Positions 13,270-26,343 of a stretch of DNA of 64,000 bases are shown here, piece by piece (position 1 is the stretch's first letter; the number at the start of each line of letters is the position of its first letter). Position numbers and translations under genes: made by a program. The notes beneath the pieces were generated by a model that saw nothing but the letters and a program-made list of their open reading frames with translations, was not told the DNA's origin and did not search any database. The stretch covers positions 3,410,001-3,474,000 of the forward strand of contig JANJGN010000052.1 of the NCBI GenBank assembly GCA_026770705.1, in the 5' to 3' direction. This stretch comes from Isurus oxyrinchus (lineage: Eukaryota).

Positions 13270-13719
13270 TGTCCACTCCCAGATATTTCCTCAGCTTCTA
13301 ACTCTGAAGTTCTGAAAGAGAAAGGAGTTAATGAGATCTCACCTCTTGTCCAACAGCTCTCGAGAGATCAGATCTGCTGTTAGACAATGTCTTCACAGAA
13401 TAGTTTGATTCTCTGTGGGATGATAGGTGTTCTGCAGAGAGTTACAAGGCTTTAAGAAGGAAAAACAATGAAGGACTTGCATTTCCATAGCACCTTTCAC
13501 CACCTCAGGATGTCCCAAAGCTCATGTCTCTGCACTTCCCTCATCCCTTGAGCTAGAAAGATGTTCTGTACGACAGACTTGAGTCTCACACCCAGATCTC
13601 AATAATCAGTAGAAATCTTTCAAAGGCGTCAAAGATTGGAATCTGTCTTTATAAAGTCACAACATCAACAAAGGACGATGTTGGTGGTGGAAGTGAATTC
13701 CAATCGTTCCGTTACTTAC

Positions 13720-13804
13720 CCAGGACCTGTCCGACTGCTCGCCTGGGGAGGAACTGCCCACACGCTCTGCTTGGGCTGAATGACCTCTTCCTGTGCTGCT
13801 CCCT
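13720..13804 (-). other. 85-nt exon cassette upstream of leader (probable 5'UTR exon)
   Basis: Pyrimidine tract + cacag acceptor, strong donor CTGG|gtaagt; same cassette at 21764, 23883, 44054, 46155 and inside the cytoplasmic region at 28457 and 49341. Confidence 0.6.
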
Positions 13805-14084
13805 CTGTGTGTTTAATGAGAAAGGGTTGATGTGTCTCTGGGAGACAAAATGGGGAAGTGGGTAATCAGTGAGAAGTTCGAGGATGTTTTGTGCTCTCAG
13901 CAAAACGTTTACCATGTGATGATCTGTCAGCTCATATTTGGGCAGCTGTAGTCATCAAGCTTCTCCATTGGCTCCGTGGGATTAGACCCCTCCCCCTCAT
14001 CTCAGAGCTGAAGCGCAGGCGATAGACTTCCCAATACAGGTCTCTGGCCGTATGATACATATTGACAATCCCTGATATCATTAC

Positions 14085-15770
14085 TGAAGGAGTGCTGCAC
14101 TGTCAGGGGTATAGTACTGAGGGAGTGCTGCACTGTGTGAGGGTCAGTACTGAGTGAGTGCTGCACTATCAGAAGGTCAGTAATGTGGGATTGCTGCACT
14201 GTCAGAGGGCCAGTAGTGAAGAATTGCTGCAATGTCGGAGGGTCAGTACTGAGGGAGTGCTGCACTGTCAGAGGGACAGTTATGTGGGAGTGCTGCACTG
14301 TCAGAGGGTCAGTAATGTGGGAGTGCTGCACTGGAAGAGGGTCATTAATAAGGGAGTGCTTCACTGTCAGGAGTATAGTACTGAGGGAGTGCTGCACTGT
14401 GGGAAGGTCAGTACTGAGCGAGTGCTGCACTGTTAGTGGGGTCAGTACTGAGGGTCTGCTGCACTATCAGAGGGTCAGTAATGTGGGGGTGCTGCACTGT
14501 CAGAGGGCCAGTAGTGAAGGAATGCTGCAATGTTGGAGGATCAGTACTGAGGGAGTGCTGCACTGTCAGAAGGTCAGTAATGTGGGAGTGCTGCACTGTC
14601 AGAGGGACAGTAATGTGGGAGTGCTGCACTGTCAGAGGGTCAGTAATGAGGGAGTGCTGAACTGTCAGCGGGTCTGTACTGAGTGAGATTTGCACAGTCG
14701 GAGGGTCAGTATTGAGGGGGTGCCGGACTGTGGGAGGGTTAGTACTGAGGGAGAGCGGAGTGTGAGAATATATCCTTTCATGGCAAAGTTTAACTGGAAT
14801 TTATTTAAACAGAGATTCTTGTACTGTGTGTTATTGCTAAAGAAAGGATATGAGGAACTAAGTCTTGTTCCCCTCAGCCTAAAAATAATTTTCACGGATT
14901 TCAATGATTTAGCATTGAAACCTCCCTATTTGTGCACCAGTCTTGATTGAAACAACTCGCACAGCACTGTGGGAGGGTGAGTACTGAGGGAGTGCTGCAC
15001 TGTGGGAGGGTGAGTACTGAGGGAGTGCTGCACTGTGGGAGGGTGAGTACTGAGGATGTGCTGCACTGTGGGAGGGTGAGTACTGAGGGTGTGCTGCACT
15101 GTGGGAGGGTGAGTACTGAGGGAGTGCTGCACTTTGGGAGGGTGAGTACTGATGGAGTGCTGCAATGTGGGAGGGTGAGGACTAAGGGTGTGCTGCACTG
15201 TGGGAGGGTGAGTACTGAGGGAGTGCTGCACTTTGGGAGGGTGAGTACTGATGGAGTGCTGCACTGTGGGAGGGTGAGTACTGAGGGTGTGCTGCACTGT
15301 GGGAGAGTGAGTACTGAGGGTGTGCTGCACTGTGGGAGGGTGAGTACTGAGGGAGTGCTGTACTTTGGGAGGGTGAGTACTGAGGGATTACTGCACTGTG
15401 GGAGGGAGAGTACTGAGGGAGTGCTGCACTGTGGGGGTGAGAATACTGAGGGACAGCTGCACTGTGGGAGTTTGAATACTGAGGGAATGCTGCCCTGTCA
15501 GAGGGTCTGAACCGAGGGAGTGCTGAACTGTTGGAAAGTCATTAGTGATGGAGGGTTACAGTATCAGAGGGTCAATATTCAGGGAGTGTTGCACTGTCAG
15601 ATTGTCAGCCATGAGGGAATCCTGCACGGTCAGAAGGTCAATGCTGACGGGGTGAAGCACTTGAAAAGGGTCAATAATGAGGTAGTGCAGCACTGTCAGA
15701 GAGACAATAATGAGGGAGCGCTGCACTGACGGAGGGTCAGCACTGAGGAAACGCTGCACTGTCAGTTCTG
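14085..15770. repeat. ~30-bp minisatellite (CAGTACTGAGGGAGTGCTGCACTGT(C/G)(A/G)GAGGGT), two arrays
   Basis: Directly visible tandem units at ~14085-14760 and ~14965-15770; source of the spurious CGRVSTEGVLH ORFs. Confidence 0.95.
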
Positions 15771-16479
15771 AGTGTGGTCTGCGCTGTCCTAAGTGCATTC
15801 TAGGCACTGCCCAAGATTCCGCCTGATGTCTGTGTAACAACAACATCATGTACACGTCAAGAATAATTCTCACTGTGTCTGTGCAGCAAGACAGCTTTGG
15901 AATGGCACCACCACTGACAGGAGTGTGCAACTACAATGTGACATGTTTACATTGGAAATTTCTATTATAAAGATGGGCACAGGAATTCATATGATAGAGA
16001 AAATGTGACAACAAGAAGCTTTGTCTTTGAGGCAAGAATTTGGCAGCAAAATAAGAATTTTAATCGATAAATATTTACAGAACAGGCTGAACATTTTAAC
16101 CACTTGAGTAAATCAATGTAATTTTATTCATAACCCAAATGCTTCTTACAATCTATCGCAGCATGAAAAAGGTGCAGCATTCAGAAAGCACATTCCAATC
16201 AGAGAACAGAGTTTAGCAACGTCACATTTCTGTTCATTCCTATTTGACCATGTTGGCTGCACACAGCCAGACAATGCCGTGGTTATGATGTGTCCACACA
16301 GCAGGACTGGGGAGCACCAGGTATAAGGAAAAGTTTCAGCTTGCTGAGGAGAAGAAGGAGAATCTCTCGTTGCAGGTTTCTCTCCGTACATTAAGAAGCA
16401 GGCATGCCGATGTTTCATTGCACTCTGTCTGCTGATGGGAGTCCGCTTGGAAATTGCTGTTTGTGCTGATGGAAAGAAT

Positions 16480-17085
16480 AAGCTTTTCATAAATCGAGGG
16501 ATTGAGAACAAACACAGGGAGGTTATGCTGAACATTTATAAAGCTCTGGTTAGGTCACAACTAGAGTATTGTGCCCAGTTCTGGTCTCCTCACTTTGGGA
16601 AGGAAGTGAGGGTCCTTGAGAGGGTGGGGAGGAGATTGAGCAGAATGGGTCCAGGGATGAGGGATTTTAGCTACAAGGTTGGGTTGGAGAAGCTGGGGTT
16701 GTTCTCCTTGGAGCAAAGGAGATTGAGGGGGGATCTGATCGAGGTGTACAAGATGATGATGGGTTTAGATAAGGCAGACAAAGAGAAGCTGTTGCCATTA
16801 GCTGATGGTACAAGGACTAGGGGACACAGATTGAAGGTTTTGGGCAGTGGGGGGATTTGAGGAGGAACTTTTTTACACAGCGAGTGGTAATGAGCTGGAA
16901 CTCGCTGCCTACGAGGATGGTGGAAGCGGAGACGATGAACGATTTCAAAAGGAAATTGGATGGACACTTGAGGGGAAATAAACTCGCATGGATACGGGGA
17001 TAGAGCGGGGGAATGGGACTGACTGGATTGCTTTACAGAGAGACAGCATGGAGTCGATGGGCCAAATGCCGTCCTTCTGTTCCAT
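16480..17085 (+). mobile_element. CR1 LINE 3' fragment
   Basis: ORF 16435-16860 YKALVRSQLEYCAQFWSP...LEQRRLRGDLIEVYK, followed by CR1-type 3'UTR. Confidence 0.9.
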
Positions 17086-17110
17086 GATGAGATTGTTGCT
17101 GTACAAAGCT

Positions 17111-17250
17111 TTAAACAGTCTGTCGACGTCCTTTCACTGTTTGTCTCTCCCAGACACAGACTCCAGCGATAATGATAACCACAGCCACAAGGAATATCAC
17201 AGCTCGTATTCCCAGGATCAGGATCACGTGCAGAATCTCTCCTCCACTGT
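17111..17250 (-). CDS. Terminal transmembrane exon with intramembrane Arg and short tail (activating-type receptor)
   Basis: Acceptor tttctttctgtgtgttctctag| at 17251; phase-1 frame xSGGEILHVILILGIRAVIFLVAVVIIIAGVCVWERQTVKGRRQTV*; lies downstream of the unit B Ig exons in the compatible phase. Confidence 0.85.
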
Positions 17251-18919
17251 CTAGAGAACACACAGAAAGAAATCATCACTGACTCTCCGCTTTCAATCTC
17301 TCACTCTGGCTGAACAATCAAGCTTCATATCACTGCAACATTTGCTGTAATATTGACCCATCCACTGGGATTCAATGTGGAATGAATGTTTTCACTGTAA
17401 ACACTCTAAGAGTGGACAATCGGAACTTTCCCCTTAGAGTGGAACATTGGTGAGAATGGATCATTGTGCTGTTGGACTCTCTGTCCAATGTTTCTCTCCA
17501 TCGCTGTGTACAGGATTGTGCTGTAGAAAATTCTGGAAACGTTTAGTGCAGGGTGGAAATCCATCTCAGACGTGTGTGCGAATCAGGCAGGATCGAGATG
17601 GACTCCCCCACGGACTTACACACCCCACTTAATAAACAGTTCCAATCTTTACCCAGAGGGAGGGGAGAATGTGGAACTCGCTCCCACAGGGAGTGGTTGA
17701 GGTGAACAGTATCGATGTATTTAAGGGGCAGGAGGGTCGGTAACCAGAGGGACACAGATTGACAAACCGGAGGGGGAGTTGAGGAGAATTTGTTTTGACA
17801 GAGCGAGTTGTTGTCATCTGGAAGGTGCTGCCTGAAAGGGAGGTGGAAGCAGATTCAATAGGAACTTTCAAAAGGGAAATTGGATAAACACTTGAAGGAG
17901 GAAGATGGGGGCAAAGTGGAGTGGTGGTTAGTGGATCTGATGGGATAGAACATTGAAAGACCTGGCACAGGCTCAATGGGCTGAATGGCCTCCTCCTGTG
18001 CTGTATCATTCTCCACTTCCATGATCTCTCCCCCAGTCAGTAACCACTCCAGATCCCTCTTGAAGGTGACAGAGAAACAGCAACCACCATACCCACTGAC
18101 AGCACATTCCCGAGGATCACTACTCTCTGGGAAAAGATGAACTCCCCAACATCCAGCCTATTCCTGCTTCCCAGAGAGTGTAAACCCTTCAGGGAGGCGC
18201 TGAGGAAGTTTTCAATAAAATGACATCAAATCTACCGTTTGAGAAATAATTGAATACCGATGAACTCACAGCTTGTGTAGCAAACTGGGAAGTGGAGTTG
18301 CTGGGAAAGCTGGGAAACACAAGGATGAAGGGCTACAATGCCACCACTGGTGGGAGGCTGTAACTACAGCGTGACGTTTACATAGGCAGTCATCATTACA
18401 AAGAGGGGCAGTGGACATAATGGGAATTATGTGCACGGAAATAGTGAGAACACTATGTAAGCTTTTCACCAGCAGGAATTCTCTTCCTAAACCTCTCCAA
18501 CTCTCTCTTACTCTCAGATTCACAAAGAAAATCACACAGAATCAGATAAGGAAGAGTTGGGTTGGTGATTCGTCAAAGGGTTAGGTTTCAGGAAGCTTCT
18601 TAAAGGGAGAGAGAGAGTTGGAGACGCAGAGAGTATCTGTGAGAGCCTCTAAGCATCTGAGTGTCTGTAATAGTAATTTCCATATTCTTCCATAAATATG
18701 AATGGGAACACAAATCCCAGAATTCAGGCCAACTCTCCAGTGCAGTACTGAGGGAGGTCAGGTAACCCATGAGGGAGTGAGTGTTAGTGTTTGTGTGTGA
18801 GTGTGTCTTTGTGTGTGGTCATATATGTGTGTCTGCACGTGTCTATTTAGGTGTGTATGTTCGATGGTGTTTGTGTAGTGTTCAAATCTGAGAGAGATGT
18901 TGAAGTCTGTGTAACTCAC

Positions 18920-19072
18920 GTTCCACACTGATGGTTATGAACCCATCCACTGCTCCATGTTCATTCTCTGACACACACTGATAGTCTCCAGTGTCCCTGG
19001 ATGTAACATGAGGAATCACCAACCACAGCTCATTGTTGGAACTTGTTCTGTTCATTTGGACATTCAGATGTC
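18920..19072 (-). pseudogene. 5'-truncated membrane-proximal Ig exon (unit B)
   Basis: Same lesion and breakpoint as 10369-10521. Confidence 0.85.
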
Positions 19073-19395
19073 ATGGCAGGAATCAAGAAGCCCGTTCACA
19101 GGATTATCAACAGAAAGTGAACAACAATTTATACTTAATGGGAAGAGAGTGCTGATTGGTTGGCAAGTGGACTCTGACAGGTGGAGGTGTTGCCATGGAG
19201 AATGGTGTGTGCGAGATGTAAAGTTTAGACAGCTTGTCTCTTCATTCAGCAATAATCAAATAAAGATCAATTAACTTCTATCGACTTTGAAGCACTTAGA
19301 GAGGCCTTAGAATGTGGATACTGAGAACGGGCTGCACTGTCAGAGGGTCTGCGCTGAGGGAGTGCTGATGTAGAATGAAAGGTGTATGTAATTAC

Positions 19396-19692
19396 CTTGC
19401 ACTGTTAGTACGAGGGTCCGCTCCAATGAAACAGATGGATATCTCACTCTGCAGCTGAGAGTGTGTCCGTGGTGTTTGAGTGATGGGATCAGGGTCAGAA
19501 CAGAAGTATAGGACAGAGTGACACCATGCTGAGTTACAGTGTTTGAGACTGATCCAGGTACGTCAGTGGGAGTGTCCCAGGTTAAGACAGGTGCTGCTGT
19601 TCCATTGCACGTTGTGTTGAAGGTGCAGCTTACATCCATACGCTTTCCTGCAATAATTTCAGCAGGGAATATCGTGGGTTTATCTGTGAAAT
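19396..19692 (-). CDS. Siglec-type domain-2 C2-set exon (unit B)
   Basis: 297 nt, intact frame and splice sites; near-identical to 10845-11141. Confidence 0.85.
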
Positions 19693-20551
19693 CTAACAGA
19701 CAGAGAATGGATCCTTTTAGAGAAATATAACGTGAAGCATCAGTTCAAATAGAAATCACAGTCCCACAAGAGAAAGCACTTTTACAAGGATGATATCAGA
19801 ACTGAGAGGTTACAATGATCAGGAAAGATTTTCTTGCTCTTTGGCAGTAGTGTTTCTGTCTCTCAGCTTAATACACGTTCACTCCGAGACATGTGAATTG
19901 AGAACACTGGATGAGAGAAGAGGCTCAGACCAGAGATTGGAGTTAAAAGCAGAATACTGTGGATGCTGGAAATCTGAAACCAAAACAAAAATTGCTGGAA
20001 AGACTCAGCAGGTCTGACAGTATCAGTGGAGAGGAAGACAGGGTTAACGTTTCGAGTCCGTATGACTCTTCATCAGACCAGAGGTTTGAGTTCACTGGCT
20101 TCTCATTTCCTCAATGATCTGGGTGATTTATCACCTTGTGGTTTGTTGGATCTTGCTGTGCACAAACTGCCTGCTGTGTTTTACATCTGTGACTACAATT
20201 CAGGAATAATTTCATTGGCTGTGAAGGGATTTGGATCCTCCTGAGGTGGTAAATTGCGCTGCAGAAATGCACATCTTTCTTTTATCGATACGTCAGACTT
20301 TTAAACAGGACAGGAGAGATTGATGGGAATGGATAACCTGATAATACAGTTAATGCTTTTCATCATCGATATTAAAGTGAGTATTAGAGGTTGCTTTAGG
20401 ACTGAACTGGAAGCGATCACCAGGTTATTGAGAATCAGACAGTGTGTTATAATAAGCTGTGTTTTGTGTTAATATGTAAACGTCACAGTTTGTGTTATTT
20501 CCCATTGAGTGTTGAATGTGAATTGTTGAGTAATTATAACACAGCACTTAC

Positions 20552-20582
20552 CAGAAACGTGAAGCCGGGTTACAGGGTAATA
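20552..20582 (-). pseudogene. Remnant of V-set exon (last ~31 nt plus donor)
   Basis: cagaaacgtgaagccgggttacagggtaata matches the 3' end of V2, then jumps directly into upstream intron sequence; ~345 bp including the acceptor are missing. Confidence 0.9.
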
Positions 20583-21273
20583 TAAATGTCAATATTTAAC
20601 TCTGGATGGTTTGTCAATCCACTAGACTTGATATCCACTCCCTCCATCACTGGGGCACAGTGGCTGCAATGTGGACTAACTACAGGACACACAAGGAACT
20701 CCCCAAGGTTTCATAATGGATGGAAGAGAATCCTGGACACAGGAGTGGACAAGTTCATTCTACATTGGCTCATGGTCCTCAGGACCCTGTTTAGTGAAGC
20801 CAGTCTTCCACCCAACACAGTGTCTACAAGATACACAGGGAAACTGTGTAAACATCTCATCTCTCTACACCGACTGGTTTGGCTTCGGTTTAACTTTCAG
20901 TTATTTTACTTCCTTATTGTGGTTGCTATGGTGAAACTGTGCAGGAAGTGTGAGGGCTGGACTCTCTGTCTATTCTGACTGCAGCTGTGATGTGGTCGTG
21001 GTGATTCTCAGTAAAATGAAACCCTCTGATCTCCTCCATCGCCGAGGTTTAGGGAGTGAATTCCAGAGCTCAGGCCCCAGGCAGCTGAAGGCACGGCCGC
21101 CACTATTGGAGTGATGGGAATCGGGGGATGGTCAAGAGGCCGGAATTGGAGTAACACAGAGATCTGGGAAGTTGTTTGGTTGAGTTGCAGGACGTTACAG
21201 AGATAAAGAGATAAGAATGATCTTTTACAAAGACTGTTAAACATAAATCTGTCCATACTGACAATGATATTAC

Positions 21274-21313
21274 CTTGGAGAAGTGACAGGAGGAAGTAAG
21301 ATTTCCCGATCAT
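21274..21313 (-). CDS. Signal-peptide exon MIGKSYFLLSLLQ (unit B)
   Basis: ATG at 21313, donor gtaata at 21273. Confidence 0.8.
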
Positions 21314-22124
21314 TGTCCACTCCCAGATATTCCATCCACTTCTCACTCTCAAGCTGTGAAAGAGAAAGGAGTTAATGAGACTTCACCTCTTGTCCGACAG
21401 CTTTCAAGAGATCAGAACAGCTTTTAGACAATATCTTCACAGAATAATTTGATTCTCTGTGGGATGATAGGTGCTCTGCAGAGAGTTACGAGGCTTTAAG
21501 AAAGAAAAACAATGAAGGATTTGCATTTCTATCGCAGCTTTCACCTCCTCAGGATATCCCAAAGCTCATGTCTCTGCACTTCCCTCATCCCTTGAGCTAG
21601 AAAGATGTTCTGTACAACAGACTTGAGCCTCACACCCAGATCTCAATAATCAGTAGAAATCTTTCAAAGGCATCAATCATTGGAATCTGTCTTTATAAAG
21701 TCACAACATCAACAAAGGACGGTGTTGGTGGTGGAAGTGAATTCCAATCGTTCCGTTACTTACCCAGGACCTGTCCGACTGCTCGCCTGGGGAGGAACTG
21801 CCCACACGCTCTGCTTGGGATGAATGACCTCTTCCTGTGCTGCCCCCTCTGTGTATTTAGTGAGAAAGGGTTGATGTGTCTCTGTGAGACAAAATGAGGA
21901 AGTTGGATCAAAGTGACAGAGCAGCTCATGTTTTGAGATGTTGGTGAACTTTGTGTCCTGACCCTGTGGTGATATTTCTGCTCACAGGTGGACAGTCAAT
22001 GACCAGGAGTTTCTCCTGTGGGTCAGTGGGTTTCACAGCCAAATTCAGGGGGTCAGAATGTTGTGGGATTCAAGACCCGATTCAGGGGACGTCTGCCCCA
22101 CAGAGTAGACTGAAACTCCCCAGT

Positions 22125-22610
22125 GTCAGTACTGAGCAAGTGCTGCACTGTCGGATGGTCATTACTGAGCGAGTGTTGCACTATTGTAAGGTCAGTACTG
22201 AGGGAGATCTCCACTGTTTGAGGGTCAGTACTGAGGGAGTGCTGCACTGTCAGAGAGACATTAATCAGGGAGTGCTGCAATGTTGGAGGATCAGTACTGA
22301 GGGAGTGCTGCACTGTTGGAGGGTCAGTATTAAGGTGCTGATTTACAAGACAGGACAATGGATTAGGAGCCGTCAGAACTCCCCCCATTATCACCGTCAT
22401 GAATCACTAATTAGCCTAACATTCCTGTCTGCTCTTCAACACAGCTGATTGGCTAATCTGATTCACTATCATTGGTGCACTTTGTATGTTCATTGTCTAA
22501 GGAATCTCTTTGGATCCTCATTGTCTAAGGAATCTCTTTGGATCCTCATGTCTAAGGAATCTTTTTGGATCCTCATTGTCTAAGGAATCTCTTTGGATCC
22601 TCATTGTCTG
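22125..22610. repeat. 30-bp satellite remnant (22125-22340) and ~28-bp tandem CATTGTCTAAGGAATCTCTTTGGATCCT (22490-22610)
   Basis: Visible tandem units; paralogous at 44425-44885. Confidence 0.85.
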
Positions 22611-23399
22611 AGGGATTATTTCTGATCCAAACCCCATATTGTTGTATTGTTGATTCCGATGCAGCATTGTAGACTGACTTGTCCCCAAGCTCAGCACTGA
22701 CCCTACTCCAGCAGACACTGTGAAACACACTAACAAAGCGCCTCTAGCCTGAACTCTGCCTGTGTCAAGAGCAAAGACAAATATGCAAACTGAATATTGA
22801 CACCTTTGCACACGGACAGCTTTACCTTCCTTCTCTCTTTCAGTTATCTTGCTCCCTTATTGAAGTATCTAGCAAGGTGAGAATGGACAGGAAGTGTGAC
22901 ACTGAACAGCCTGTCTATTCTAGGAGCTGCTGTGTTGTCTTTATGGGAAATTCTGATTAAAATCAGCAAAAGACACTAATTTCATTCCTTTGCTATCGGA
23001 GTCCAAGCATCAGGATAGACTTCATCCCCCAATATTTATCACTGTTTCTCAACTCAACACCTCACGCCTTCCGCCACTCGCTGACCTGCACTGGCTCCCA
23101 GACCAGCAGAGCCTCGAGTTTAAGATTCTCATCCTCAATTTCCATTCCCTCCATTCCTCTTCTCCAATCACTTTCTCCTCCAACCATGCAAACCTCAAAG
23201 TCCTCTGCTCTCCTCCAATTCTGCTGTCAGACAGGGAGTCAGTGTATATCAGTGAGCACAGGGGTGATGGGTGAATGGGACTTGGTGTGAGTTTGTACAC
23301 TGGCTCACTGCTGAATCTGTTCCCAATCACAGCTCAGTAAGAATTATGTTTTACAAAGATGATTAGCCATAAATCTGTCCGAGCTGACAATGATATTAC

Positions 23400-23439
23400 C
23401 TTGGAGAAGTGACAGGAGGAAGTAAGATTTCCTGATCAT
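23400..23439 (-). CDS. Extra (tandem-duplicated) signal-peptide exon MIRKSYFLLSLLQ
   Basis: ATG at 23439, donor gtaata at 23399; preceded by its own 85-nt cassette at 23883. Confidence 0.7.
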
Positions 23440-24129
23440 TGTCCACTCCCAGGTATTTCATTGGTTCTCAAGCTGTGAAAGAGAAATGAGTTAATGAGAC
23501 CTCACCTCTTGCCTGACAGCTCTCGAGAGATCAGAACTGCTTTTAGACAATGTCTTCACAGAATAATTTCATTCTCTGTGGGATGATAGGTGCTCTGCAG
23601 AGAGTTACAAGGCTTTAAGAAAGTAAAACAATGAAGGACTTGCATTTCTATATCACCTTTCCCCTGCTCAGGACACCCCAAAGCTCTTGTCCCTGCTCTT
23701 CCCTCATCCCTTGAGCTAGAAAGATGTTCTGTACAACAGACTTGAGTCTCACACCCAGATCTCAATAACCTGTAGAAATCTTTCAAAGGCATCAATCATT
23801 GTGATCTGTCTTTATAAAGTCACAACGTCAACAAAGGACTTTGTTGGTGGTGGAAGTGAATTCCAATCGTTCTGTTACTTACCCAGGACCTGTCCGACTG
23901 CTCGCCTGGGGAGGGACTGCCCACCCGCTCTGCTTGGGCTGAATGACCTCTTCCTGTGCTGCTCCCTCTGTGTGTTTAATTAGAAAGGGTTGATGTGTCA
24001 CTGTGAGACAAAATGAGGAAGTGGTTAGTACCAAGTTAGAAAGCATCTCTTTGCCTCGCACAGTTAGAAAACTGTTAACCCTTTGCGTGCCAAGAATGTG
24101 GCTGAAGGGCCATCGACTGTTCACATGCA

Positions 24130-24890
24130 ACAAGCTCAAGGGGGTTGAACGGGCCTCCTCCTGTTCCTGTGTAACAGGCTTGAGGGGCTGAATGGGCCTC
24201 CTCCTGTTCCTGTATAACAGCGTCGAGGGGGCTGAATGAACCTCCTCCTTCGCTTCTTGTGTAACATGCTTGAGGGGCTGTTTGGGCCCCCTCATGTTCT
24301 TATATAAGATGCTTGTGTGGCTGAATGAGACTTCTCCTGTTCCTATGTAACTGACTTGAGGGGCTTAATGGACCTCCTCCTGTTCCTGTTCATCAAGCTC
24401 ATGGGGCTGAAATGACGTCCTTACGTTCTGGTGTAAGAGGCTCGAAGGGCTGAATGGGCCTCCTCCTGTTCCTGTGTAACAGGCTCGAGGGGCTGAATGG
24501 GCCTCCTCCTGTTCCTGTGTAACAGGCTCGAGGGGCTGAATCGGCTTCCTCCTGTTCCTGTGTAACAGGCTTGAGGGGCTGAATGGCCTCCTCCTTTTCC
24601 TGTATAACAGGCTCATGGGGCTGAATGGCCTCCTCCTGTTCCTGTGTAACAGGCTCGAGGGGCTGAATGGGCCTCCTCCTGTTCCTGTGTAACAGGCTCG
24701 AGGGGCTGAATCGGCTTCCTCCTGTTCCTGTGTAACAGGCTTGAGGGGCTGAATGGCCTCCTCCTTTTCCTGTATAACAGGCTCATGGGGCTGAATGGCC
24801 TCCTCCTGTTCCTGTGTAACAGGCTCGAGGGGGCTGAATGGCCTCCTCCTGTTCCTCTGTAACAGTGTCGAGGGGCTGAATGTCCTCCTC
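24130..24890. repeat. ~41-bp minisatellite GGCTGAATGGCCTCCTCCTGTTCCTGTGTAACAGGCTCGAGG (CR1 3'-end-like unit)
   Basis: Visible tandem units; shorter paralogous array at 46400-46645. Confidence 0.9.
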
Positions 24891-24894
24891 TCAT

Positions 24895-25112
24895 TAAAAA
24901 TAAATACTGCAGATGTTATAAATCTTCAATAAAAACAGAAAATGCTGCCTTACCTCAGCAGGTCTGGCAGCAGCTGTGGAGAGAGAAACAGAATTTTTGC
25001 TTTGAGACTCTGAAGAAGGGTCATAAGGACTCGAAATGTTAATTCTGTTTATCTCTCCACAGATGCTGCCAGACCGACTCAGTTTCTCCAGCATTTTCTG
25101 TTTTTATTTCAG
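24895..25112. repeat. Short inverted-repeat element (Penelope/MITE-like)
   Basis: AATAAAAACAGAAAATGCTG...GGTCTGGCAGCAGCTGTGGAGAGA is the imperfect reverse complement of TCTCTCCACAGATGCTGCCAGACC...CAGCATTTTCTGTTTTTATT; copy at 46650-46865, single arms at 11395-11525 and 19945-20075. Confidence 0.7.
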
Positions 25113-26226
25113 GTGCTCTCTTGTTCCTGTGTAGCAGGTTCGAGGGGGCTGAATGGCCTCTTCCTGTTCCTATTCAATGGGCAGTCAAAGTATGCGTCTG
25201 ATTTGGGACCTCAAACCCAATTCTGTCCTCAGGACATTGACAGATGGGGAGACCAGTTACAGGTTAATGCCGGAGGATTATTTATTTTCCCATTCTTTTA
25301 TCCAAGAATGTCATCAAACATAGAGCAGATCCAGGATCAAGGATGTTGGTCTCTGTGATCTGTAACACATCGCACAGTCCACCCATCCACTCACCATCAG
25401 GATGGATGCTAATTGTACTCTCCAAGTGTGAAAGACTAAAATGGTGGTTTATTGCAGCTCTATTTCATTCTGTTATCAAAGCTGTCTCATCCATCCATGA
25501 CATATTGAAGAAGGTAAACCTGCAACCAATTTTTCACATCATAATTTCCAATGTTCATTGGCAACATCAATGTAAACATGTCACGCTGAAATGATGTCCT
25601 CCCACCAGCAGTGGCACTGTAGCACATCTGTTATCCTCTGAGCTGCAGAGAATTTCTCAAATCTCCAAACAAATTGTTTCCATGTTTCTGGGATTGCTGT
25701 TAGTTTTGCTGTTTAACGATGAAGTGTAAAATCCAAATATATATCTGAAAATACATTTGATTACAAAATGCTGAGTAAATTTTGCCAATCTCCTCTGCTC
25801 CAATTATCCACCGATCCTGCATTTCCTGAAGTCTACACTGGCTGATGAATATTCTGTAAACACTGACAGACAGGAAGGTGAATAACAGAATGAAAATTAA
25901 CTCATAATCACGGACACGGGATTGAATTTGTCCGTTCTGTCCTGGTACATCATCGAACGATATCTAAAGACATTTACAATCAGAATGGAGAGAAGGATGT
26001 TTCCAACAGTGAGGGACAATTCTGAAGGATGATGTTCAAATTGAAACCCACAGACAATCATCATGGATAGATCATTCCGAAGAAATTCCATCAGATTGTA
26101 ACAAGAGGTTTAAATCTATTTCCTGGGAGTGAGTTCCTGTGGATATTAGGAAGGTAAATTGGAGTTTTGAATGATTCTCCCATTCTGTATTCTCCCCACA
26201 CTGTGTGTGTCTTATTCTTGCTCAGT

Positions 26227-26343
26227 TTATAAATTCCCATAAACAGAATCCTTGGCAAAATCACAGTTTGCGTAAAGATCATCATCTGTATCAGGATTGA
26301 CTCCGCGGTTAGATTTCATTTCCAGATCCTTCTCATCTTTCTT
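26227..26343 (-). CDS. Last cytoplasmic exon with LYAN and ITIM-consensus SVYGNL
   Basis: ttctattacag|AAG AAA GAT...; KKDEKDLEMKSNRGVNPDTDDDLYANCDFAKDSVYGNL*. Confidence 0.88.
   Translation of the reverse strand, partial: KKDEKDLEMKSNRGVNPDTDDDLYANCDFAKDSVYGNL

Larger units (their letters stand above)
17111..21313 (-). pseudogene. Unit B: activating-type Siglec-like gene with deleted V exon (probable pseudogene or V-less isoform)
   Basis: Leader 21274-21313, V remnant 20552-20582, intact C2 19396-19692, truncated Ig 18920-19072, Arg-TM 17111-17250. Confidence 0.7.

Noticed and set aside
14002-15729. Cys/His-rich repetitive ORFs resembling zinc fingers, or a CRISPR-like array
   Set aside because: Head-to-tail 30-bp satellite with no unique spacers and no C2H2 spacing; eukaryotic context.
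16671-17279. 202-aa minus-strand ORF
   Set aside because: Wrong frame across the Arg-TM exon, continuing into antisense CR1 sequence.
18270-18357. Possible small stalk exon with gtgagt donor (also ~9719-9810)
   Set aside because: The candidate acceptors I tested all give phase 1-2, incompatible with the phase-1 TM exon.
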